NCBI RefSeq assembly: GCF_009914755.1
Contig: NC_060930.1
Reading direction: 5' to 3' (one strand)
Source of the DNA: the human T2T-CHM13v2.0 reference genome, Homo sapiens
Length of the DNA stretch: 64,000 bases
Shown here: positions 53,736 through 64,000 of the stretch, piece by piece
Position numbering within the stretch: position 1 is the first letter of the stretch
Layout: every line of letters begins with the position of its first letter
Translations under genes and position numbers: made by a program
The notes under the pieces: model-generated
Told to the model about the DNA's origin: nothing
Databases searched by the model: none
What the model saw: the letters and a program-made list of their open reading frames with translations, nothing else

Positions 53736-55571
53736 CTCAGTGTTCTAAGCTCTGTATAGGAATTAACTCATTCGAGCCTTACAAGAGCCATATGAGGAGA
53801 TACCATTATTATCCCTGTTCTATAAATGAGGAAACAATAAAGGTAATAAGCCAAAGGTTACTTAAGAACAACATTCAGAGAGTAGAAATTATAGTATATA
53901 CAAGAAGAAATAGAAACTTTAATTCATCCACAGAAAGCGCTCAGGAAGTGTTGGTTATTATTAACAGCATTTCAAATATGTTATTTCTATGTTAATTTTG
54001 TATAATTTCTTTTTTATTTCACATTTTTCTAATTTTCTAACATATTATTTTCATTGTTTCAAAATAATCTTCCATTCCCTTTTTTATTGTTTTACTATTA
54101 TTCACTTTTCTTTTCAAGTCCTTAATTCTGTTTCTAAACCTTAATCCCACATAATTTTCCATTTTTAAACTCAAATTTTAAAAAATTCATTACCTCTTTT
54201 GCATTCCTGTTTTTAGTTTTAAAAATTCTATTGTTATGGAGACTTCTCAACTTAAATCTCATCTCGTATTTCATTATTTTTAACTCATTATTTAATTCTT
54301 ATTTGGAAATTAGTTCTTTCTTAGTTTTTAAAAATTAATTTTGCCTTTTTATTGTATTTTATTCTTAGTATATTTTGAATCTTTTAAGTTTCTTCTAGAC
54401 TTTCATGGTGAGAGTTTCTGATAATCTTCGTAATTTGTCTCTCTCACAAGTAACATCATCTAGTATATAAGACTCTAGATGCCTGTAATCTCCTACCTTG
54501 AACTGGATGATCTGGGACAGGTTTCTACACTTTGAGTAGTGAATTTGATGGTTTAAGCTACCTTTAGTTGTACGTTTTGAGATCCATTATCTTCCCTATA
54601 TTATGGAATGTGGCCAGTTGGGGTCATTAAACAAAGGACACTGATGTAGTAGCTTTACTTGTTTTTTTACGCATACACCTGCAAGAGAAGTCAAAATACT
54701 CACTTTGCCATATTCATGTTTTAGGCTTTTTTTTTTAATTGTTCCTGATAATTGGTTAAAAAGGTTGGCTGAGATTAGGTTTGGGCTTGCTGTTGAGTTC
54801 CTTGATCATATGACAAGGATTTTTCTTAACAATGAACCATTATAGACAAGGTAGACTCTGTATTCTGGACACAGGCTGGTTCTCTTTTTGCTGATACTTT
54901 AGTTTCTATTTATTCTACACACACTGTAACTGAGCTTATTATTGTTGGTCACTGATGACCAGAACTGATTTCAAATTCAAGGAGGCATTTTCTGGAGTGA
55001 TTGCAGTAGTTCCTATCTCTGTGAGCCTTCTCCCTTCAAGGCAGATGCATTAACATTAGTGAAGACTTCAGGCACATTTCTTCTCTGGGGACCAGCAATC
55101 TAGACCACTGAATATTAAGCCTTCTTTGCTTATACCATCTCAAGATAGATGCCTTGAACTAAATATTTTTATCTTTGGAAAAAAAGTAAACCATAGCCAA
55201 TACTACCCGTGGTGAGAATAAAGAGATAAGAGGACAGAGAAGACTATGATGACCAAAGGGACTTTAAGATATATTGGTTTTCGGTTGTGGTCACAACTTA
55301 CGATGGTAGCTTAAAAGGAGACTTCACCTCTTATTTCCTCTTAACAGTTTTGGTAACTTAAAAATGGTTTGATACATGTGGTATCCTAGAAAATGTAGAA
55401 ATCACCTTCTAATGCTTGGTTTGACAAAGCCTTTTAGGTAGCAAAGAAAACAAAACACTACAAAACTAAACAAAACAAAACAAAATTAAACAACAAAAAG
55501 AGACTAGATAGTGCTTGACATATGAAACAAAAATAAAAAATTTCCACCTGCGATTTTTACCACATGTAAAC

Positions 55572-56220
55572 TATAGGGACCAAAAGGAAAGTTCCCCTTG
55601 GCCCTCTGATGATTCATTGAAAAATCGACTCAAAAAAGGCATATTAATTGGAGAAAAGGCATCCAAATTCATTTAATGTATACACATAGAAGTCTTCAGA
55701 ATGAAGACCCAAACATACAGGGAAAATTGTCCATTTTTATGCTTAGGTTCAACAAAATACAGACATCCATGTAGAAATATAATTGAACGAAATGTGTATG
55801 ATCTAATGCTAATATGCTGAGTGGGGAAACCCAGCAAGGCATGTCTGTCCAGATTGTTCTTGGCCTCTCTGAACATGCACTTTTTCCTCTGAGTGTAGAT
55901 CTGAACCTCTCTTGAGTGGGGGGGTCTTATGACCTACAGTCAAACAAGGTAGGTCAGATAAATTTTTATGACCAGTTTTTACACAGCAAGGTAGAGGGAA
56001 AGTTAGAAAAATATTTTTAGGTTTTCTGGCTGGCTTTGGGGAAAAGGGATTCTGTTTTCTGTAACTCACCTTGGGGAAGAAGGATTCTAATTTCCATGTC
56101 TAGCTTTGGGGGAGAATGGGACTTAGAGATAGGAGGGCAGGGGAAGGTCAGGGAAAAATTTTTTCTTTGAGGCTGATTCTGAGGCCTTCATTTCGGGGTA
56201 TTGCTTTCTGAGTCCCAAGA
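55572..56220 (-). mobile_element. MER39 LTR (3' LTR of provirus)
   Basis: Reverse complement follows the recalled MER39 consensus (CTCAGAAAG.AATACCCC.AAATGAAGGCCTCAG...GTAGGTCATAAGACCCCC...CTCCAATTAAT.TGCCTTTT). Confidence 0.85.
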
Positions 56221-57552
56221 TTATCCAGTCTGAAACTTCTCCAAGAAATTTACAGTCCAGAAATTGAGTTGGTGGACCATCTTATAAGCAGCTGAACCAA
56301 TCTTTTCAATCCCATGAATAGGCCAGTCCAATTAAACAGTTAACATCTGTGTTTCATTTCAGGCAGTGATGTTGTAGATGGCCGTCCACCAAAGTAAGGC
56401 CTCTATATGATCTGAGCAACCAGATATTTATTAAGAGATGTTTCTATGGAAATAAAAGAAAAACAAATGTTAGTGGTTAGAACAAACTATAAACTCATTT
56501 TTTTTGAGTCCACATGGCAGCCAATCATGAAGGTTTTTAGATGTTGGGCTTGAAGCATCTTCAGGAAGTGAGAGCAGATAGTGGCAACCTGACACATTTT
56601 TCCTGGTTTGTAGTTTGCCTCAGGTGTTCCAGTGAGCTTTCTGAGCAGTCTATTTATCAACAGGCACAGAGTCTGTTCATATATTAAGTTGCTGTGATGA
56701 TTTTTTTCCAAGTTTGTATCAAATTTTCTGGCTTCAGCTTCCGGGGCTTCAGGAAAAAGTGTTTTTAATTTTAGTGATTCCAAGTGATTCCAAAAACACT
56801 TCAGGAAAAAGTGTTTTTAATTTTAGTGATTTCCAGAAAAATGGAAAGAAATTTGGAAATATTAGTAATATTAGTTTAAATACTTGTAGACATGAAAGAA
56901 TTCAAGGTCCACTCCAGATTTGTAGGGAAATAATAAATATTAAAAAGCAATGGACAAAGCTAGAGTCTAATAACAGGTGTACTATAGTTTTCTGCTGAAA
57001 ACATAAATTTTCTCTCTCTAGTCCCCCATTTCTACCAAAGACGAATAGTAGGACTAATTTATTTGGAAAATAAGTTTTAGTCATATATTTGGCTTGATTA
57101 TATATGTGAAGTTCACTGAGAATAGTGATTAGACAATATAGGCTCTTTTTAAGTTGGCTTTACTGGAACTTTTTCAAAAGAAATCTCAGATTAGTCTTTT
57201 ACAGGCCTCAAGGCTAAGAAGGCAAGCCAAGGATTTGCCGACTGTACCTATAATACTGATATAAATTGGTTGAATTCCTCTCTCTCAAGGTGCCAAAATA
57301 ACTTGAGCCTGTCAGAAAGTGACATTCCTTACTTACCTTGTAAAGAAACCAGGTAGACAAGGTATCAGAACAGTCTTTCCAAGGAACTTTTTATTGACCC
57401 TATAAAGTCAACATCAATTTCTCAAAGTGGTCTGAGCATATCTGAAAATATGCCATTTTAGTTATGACTGGTGAAATAACCAGTGTCTCCATTTGTATCT
57501 TGTTATAAAACAGATAGTTATTGATAATAATTATTGGTAATTATTGCCATAA

Positions 57553-57845
57553 TTTTTATTTTTTTGAGATGGAGTCTCGTTCTTGTTGTCCAGGCTGGAG
57601 TACAATGGCGCAATCTTGGCTCACTGCAACCTTCACCTCCTGAGGTGATTCTCCTGCCTCAGCATCCTGAGTATCTGGGATTATAGGCACCCGCCACCAT
57701 GCCCAGCTAATTTTTGTACTTTTTTAGTAGAGATGGGGTTTCACCATGTTGACCAGGCTGGTCTCGATCTCCTGACCTTAGATGACCCACTCGCCTTGGC
57801 CTCCCAAAGTGCTGGGATTACAGGCGTGAGCCACTGTGCCTAGCC
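57553..57845 (-). mobile_element. AluS (Sq/Sp-like) inside the ERV
   Basis: Antisense Alu with TCTTGTTGTCCAGGCTGGAG. Confidence 0.93.
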
Positions 57846-59685
57846 AATAAATTAAGCGTACTTACAAATGGTTTCCAAATTCTGGAGAAATAAGGTAGAG
57901 AGAAAGATAAATCCTTCAGATTTTGCTTATAAAAGTATACTTTACCCAATTGGTTGCAAGCTATAAACAGTTCAAAAGGAAAAAAGAAAGTTTTCTTGAC
58001 TGTGTTAAACAAAGCATGAAAAGAATCAGCAATGTTTCAAACAAAAAGCTCACAAAAAATTATTTCAGTCCTCTATCAGTTCAGTCCCAGGTAATTAACT
58101 CTTGTCAGCTTGATGTTGGGTTAGCAATCCTCATGAATGCGTCAGCTTTTCAACTAGAATCCTGGAAGTTTTTTGCTAGTCCAATGGTATGATCTCCAAG
58201 ATTATCAGAAAGCTGTATTTAAGAGTACTCCTAAGAGTCCTTTTCATGAATTTCCCTAAAAAAAGAAGCAAGTTTTGGTCTGTATCTGATTATAAACTAC
58301 TTTTTGAGGAGAATTCAAATAAAACAATAATTGTCTGTGGATGACAGAAGTCTTAGAATAACTGTAGTTAAAAACACAATTGACAAGAAAATTTGGTTAT
58401 TTTTGTGGCATACAACAATTTAATATAATAATTATTGTTGATAACATATATTAAGGCATATTATCAGAATTTTAGGAATCACATACAATTTTAGAATACA
58501 TATTGAGAACATATTTATACAAATATAACCTCCCCAAAAGTTAGACACTATTTCTTATTTGACATTCCTATATGATTTTTAACATATCAAATCTTGTATT
58601 ATCTCTTGGACTTCCAGGGGCCCTAATATCCAGAAAATTAGCTTGAGGTCAAAAAGACTGTATTTAGAAATTGAAATATTGATTTTACCAATTCAAATAT
58701 CAAAGGTTTAAGACAGTTGCTCAATATAGAATCACAGGGCACTCTGTAAAATAAGGCATTCGTTTAGCCAAAGCACTAACTCAAAGATTTCAAAAAACAA
58801 CAATCTTTAATCTTTGATAGAAGACTCAGTTTCCTAACAATCACAAGACCTAATAAAGATACCATGAGGCAAACACTGAATCTATCTCTCTTTCTTGCCC
58901 CTTTTTTTGTAGTTTACTCAAAAGGTAAACAAATATCTTTTAATACCTCTTATTAATACTACCAAAAAATCTCGTTCAAAAAAGAAAAAGTTTACCTTTG
59001 TATCAGCGTATTATTGTTAAGCTAATTTTAACAAAATCTTATAAACAAATCCATCTAATCCCAATCAGCTTTGACCACATAAAATAAGATTTTTATAAGC
59101 CTTTTATAACCTCTTGTAATTTTTCTCACTTTTAATTTCCTGAACTTTTAATATATACTTAGTTTTATTTTTCTATTTTTATTTAATTTAAAACGATTAA
59201 AACATTTTTTAATTAGATAAAATTATTTTTCTTTTAACAAAAACTACATTCTTATGTCTTCTTTTAACTTTTTATTTTACCAAAAACACATCCAACTTTT
59301 AAAATACACTTACATGTAGAATTATTTCTCTCTTATCAAGTAGGTTTAATTACATATATGAATTACAATGTTAACTCTTGGTAACCCTTATTTTCATTGA
59401 AAAATCTAGGAAGTAAACAGTTTTAATTATGTGTATCAGATATGTAACCCAGGACAAAGGACAATGCACAGGGGATCTAATTTATCCCAGCATGGCAAGA
59501 AGCACAGCCAGACCAGAGGACAGGCTGGGTGTTGTCCCTAGGCCTCACCATGACCCATGGTTGAAATCCAAAAATACAAGTTCACAGATTTAAAAAAAAT
59601 ATGTAATTTATTATTTATATATATAATAGAAGCAACAGTTTTATTACTGTGAAATATCTAGTAGAGATAGCATAAACCTATCTAA

Positions 59686-60023
<338 letters not shown>

Positions 60024-61342
60024 TAGATTCTTAAGATGCTTTTGTTTTACCAACACATTAAAAACTATCTTTATTTACCAAAGATTAGTAAAGTCACATG
60101 AACTAGAAAAAGTAACTAATACTTTTACTTAGTTTATGATAACTTGTTTATTTATAAGTCAATTTAATATAACATAGACAGTATATAGACAGACATATAC
60201 CCATGTACACACAGATATAGACAAACATAAATAAAGATATTATAGTTTTGCTTTTAAAATTTCAGCCAAGAGACAGGTAAAACTCACCAGTTTAAAAGGA
60301 CAGTGGGATTAAATGGTGCCTCTGTAAATCAACAAGTTATGGCTGAAGACCGTAACAAGTTTATAGTAAAGGGGCAGTAAATTTACATTTCAAGGCAAAG
60401 AGAGAGAATTGGAGCTTTTTCAAGAAAGCGTTTAGTTGTGTTAGTTCAAGGAAGATTAAAAATGAATGCCAAAGTAACACAATATCATAGGAATTTACCA
60501 GAGGATTGCATAAAGAGACCAATTTCATTTAGATAGGTAGCTTTTAATTTAACATTTTTCAACTAAGCCACTGAACTCAGGGCTGAGCCCATTAAGAAAC
60601 AGGGCAAACAAAGTATTTGCAGTTTTTAGGACCTAATAATTTAAATATGTGAAAAGCAGGCATAATTGGAAGGCAGAAAATCTAAACTTTAAAAATAAAG
60701 AATTTCACTTTTACATTGAATCCCAGAACCCCTCAAAGAGGGAAGTGCCACATGACCCAGCTGTACAAGGCTTTCACAGTGTACTTGGCTACAAAGACAT
60801 TTCTCTAAGTGTTTAAACTGCATCCTTTCTTATCTAAGCATGCAAAGATAAGAGTAACCCCAGTAGTAGAAACTATTGACTATAAACAACTGCAGCTCTT
60901 ACCAGTGACCTGCCAGCCACCACATACACAAAGGTCAAGGTTTATTTTTTTTCACAGAACAAAGTAATTTTCTGATACTCTCCATAGTAAAAGAGATCAG
61001 ATAATGCAGTGCAACCGAGCAGAGTTTTAGACCTGACAGGAGACTGTCCATGACTTCTAAAACTCTATAAGGAAAGTAGAAGAGCCCTTGAAAGGGGCTG
61101 GGTGGTGCTTTTTTCTGAGCTCCTTAAGGAGTCTGAGTCATTAGAATTCTTCTCTGGATCTTTTCATTTGTACCAAAGGTGGCAAAGAGAAAGGAGGAGT
61201 AAGGAGGAGGAAGAACAATTTTTAAGAAAGGAAGCAAACAGAGGGACCAAGCACATAATTAAGAAAGAAAAAAAAGATTTTAGTCCACTGAAAATAAAAT
61301 TTCCAAAAACAGAATTCAAGGAGAAAGAACAGAAAGGCCTTG

Positions 61343-61430
61343 TATGTATATATATGTGTGTATATATGTATATATTTATGTATGTATATTTATGTGTGCA
61401 TATACATTATGTGTGTTTGTATATATATGT
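61343..61430 (+). repeat. (TATG)n/(TA)n simple repeat
   Basis: Read directly from the sequence. Confidence 0.9.
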
Positions 61431-61834
61431 TGAATGTTAGGTTTTCATTCAATTAACTTTTAATTGTAGAGCTCTTAAAAAATCCTTTTAAGTCTCTTAT
61501 TGTCAGATTTTATACAGGACAAACTACTGACATTTCTGGCTTATGAACTTTTTTTTTTTTTTTTAAACCAAAGGTACCTTTTAAAGTCAAGCCTTAACTA
61601 CCCAGAATCATCCTAAAGACAGCTCAAAGATAGGAAACTTTCTCTAGAATACTTTTTAGGGTCTCAGCTTCTCAGCTGCCTATCTACACAAAAAAGGCCA
61701 AAAAACCTTGTGTGCCTTCCACAGATAGAAAAAGACATAAAATCAAAAGCTGTCCATGGATGGGAAAAGGATCAAGAACAAATAGGTACCCTGAAAAGTT
61801 AAAAGCCACACAAATATCAAAAATCAAGAGGGAA

Positions 61835-61909
61835 TGGTTTCCTGAACAGGAATTGAACCCAGGCCATGGCAGTGAAAGCACAGAATTTTAACTATTATGT
61901 CACAAAGTG
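61835..61909 (-). pseudogene. tRNA-Glu(TTC)-derived relic with 3' CCA inside the ERV internal region
   Basis: Minus strand TAGTTAAAATTCTGTGCTTTCACTGCCATGGCCTGGGTTCAATTCCTGTTCAGGAAACCA versus tRNA-Glu GGTTAGGATTCGGCGCTTTCACCGCCGCGGCCCGGGTTCGATTCCCGGTCAGGGAA-CCA. Many differences are CpG transitions. Confidence 0.75.
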
Positions 61910-62816
61910 GAGTGACCTTTATTGTTACTCCCACGGGGAAGCTAAAGCAGGTGGTTTGAGAATACAAAGGATTTTAACTTTGTTTTAGGTCAGATTTTTG
62001 CTCTTTAATTTAGTCAAGAGAATTTCAAAGGCTAGCCATTGTACTATTACGTGTCTTTCTTCTAATTTAATCTTCCCATCAGTTGTTTAGAATAAGTGAT
62101 CTCTAAAATTCTTCTTCTTCTTCTTCTTTTTTTTTTAATTCAGGAAGCTTTCTAATTTAAAGGATCCATCTTTTGTCCACTGATTAATTAGAATTTCCAA
62201 CAGTGCGCTTATTCCAATAATGACTCAATCCAATAGCCTCTTCAGTGAAGAAGCAATTTCAAAGATTCCCCCAAATAGGCTAAGATAGACAAACTCTCCT
62301 AAGAGCTTGACACACTTGGAACAAAAAGTCTCGGTTTCTGGGCCATTCTCAGACTGGCCACCTAACGTGACCTGAAAATGACACTGCTTGGATGGCAAGA
62401 TCAAGAGAGAGTGCTCCCACAAGGTCACAAGTCAAGCTCTCAAAAATGTAAAATACAATGAGAGAGAGCCTCATTTGGTACCTCTCTTTATGACAGAACA
62501 ACACGGAAAAACAAATACAATGAGTATTTCTGGGAGGAAAAGGATCAAACAATACAAATATTAACGTTGCAAAGTACCACAAAGTACATCAGAATCGCTA
62601 CACCGACTAGTTACACAATTTTTTTTCTCTCATTAATCAAAATTTTGCAGAGGAAAGGTGATTTTCACCATCCTCTCAGCTGGATTACATAGAGAGGGTG
62701 AGAGCCTGTCTGGTAAGAAATTCCTACCCTTATGCTAACTTACTGGGTCCTGGATTCTCTTCACTGAGGCTTCCGGAAGAGCAGAGCTTTGATCATCTTG
62801 TTCACAGTGTCAAATA

Positions 62817-63004
62817 GTTGGGGCAAAGGGAAAATTTCCCCTTCACCCTCTGAAGATTCACTGAAAACTGAACTCCCCAAAAGGCAGAGACTCCAATTAA
62901 TCTCCTTCTTTATAACATGTACCATAGCTTGATAGCCTTTTTGTTGAGTTGATTTTTCAGTGAACCTTCAGAGGACAAAGGGGAAATATTCCCTAGGCCC
63001 CCAA
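62817..63004. mobile_element. Two inverted MER39 LTR 3' (U5) ends in place of the 5' LTR
   Basis: 62819-62885 (minus) and 62935-63003 (plus) are ~80% reverse-complementary, and both match the LTR terminus at 55572-55640. Confidence 0.8.
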
Positions 63005-64000
63005 AAACATTATCAGTGTTTTTTTAAAAAGTGGTAAAATAAAACTATGTGGAAAGCTCCAACAAACTAGTAAGAATAGATTTTGAGATATAATTACTTG
63101 AGGTACGATTTTGGAAAGTGAGGAAGAGGACTGGTTATTTATATTTCCTAGCTTTACAAAAAAATAATTTGCTCTGAATTTTATAATGAATTGCTTCCCT
63201 ATGCTTCCTTGTCTTCTGTCATTGACTTTAAGAGTTTAAGATACTTGTGGACAGATTTATCTTTTGAATTTTTCAGACTTCCCATGGTGTGTTACAATTT
63301 CTTTCAATTTCTTTGTTAATTAATGCCACATTTACCGTAAAATATAGTCCATCTTTTCTTTTTTAAAGGAAAAATTACAGATCTATTAGAGTATAATACA
63401 ATAAATTCCTTTTACAATACAGACCATGTTCTTCTTGGTGAATTGCAAATTTGATTTTTTATGTTAATGTCCCCCCCAACCAAACAGGCAAGATTTAAGC
63501 ATCGTTATTCCATTATTGACTTATCATACTCTGTCACCTCGTAGAAACCTGTCTTCACAGCAGTGTGAACTTGTTTGCAATTTTGACAATGTAGACAAGA
63601 ATTAATTGACCTTAAATTTGTAAGCAGAACTTAATTATAGCAAAACTAAATTTGCATTCCCCAGTTATTCATGTTTGTATTAAATTGTGCCTTAAATATT
63701 ATGGGGAGAGCTGGGGTTATTAGTAATGATCTTTTGATCTTTTGATTGATCAGATAACAATTGTTTTTGTGCAAGAAGGACAGAGTTCTGATTCTCCTTT
63801 TTTATCACTTGTACCATGGCTTAATAGCTGTTTTTGATTAGCTGCAAGCATACTTCCCACATAAGATATAAGTATATTTTTAGATGTGATGATGGTGGTG
63901 ATGATATGGTTTTTTTTTCTTGGCACGTTAGAATATGTTTTATTGAAGGAAATTAATGAAATCATACTTTTGTACATGCTTAACTAATTATTACCTAAGC

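Noticed and set aside
53950-54400. Extremely T-rich low-complexity block
   Set aside because: Most likely a decayed old L1 or AT-rich low-complexity sequence with no discrete structure.

Overview
This is primate genomic DNA, most likely human (AluY/S/J, L1PA, THE1 and MER39 elements). It is AT-rich, CpG-poor and intronic or intergenic in character, and much of it is recognisable transposon debris: about 13 Alu-family elements, L1PA/L1MA/L1MB/L2 fragments, MIRs, MaLR and ERV LTRs, hAT MITEs, and a ~7.4 kb degenerate MER39/MER4-group provirus at 55.6-63.0 kb. I recognise no intact known protein-coding gene. Most supplied ORFs are repeat-derived or chance. The main non-trivial structures are: (1) a ~520-bp inverted duplication (27021-27535 / 28664-29204) around a 1.1-kb spacer; (2) minus-strand protein-like segments at 25.3-29.7 kb that may be a decayed, unannotated gene; (3) a provirus whose 5' LTR is replaced by a fold-back pair of U5 ends; (4) several template-switch or tandem-duplication scars; (5) a multi-layer nested transposon cluster at 14.7-18.0 kb. 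Repeat subfamily names come from recalled consensus sequences, not from a RepeatMasker run, and the boundaries of old repeats are approximate.
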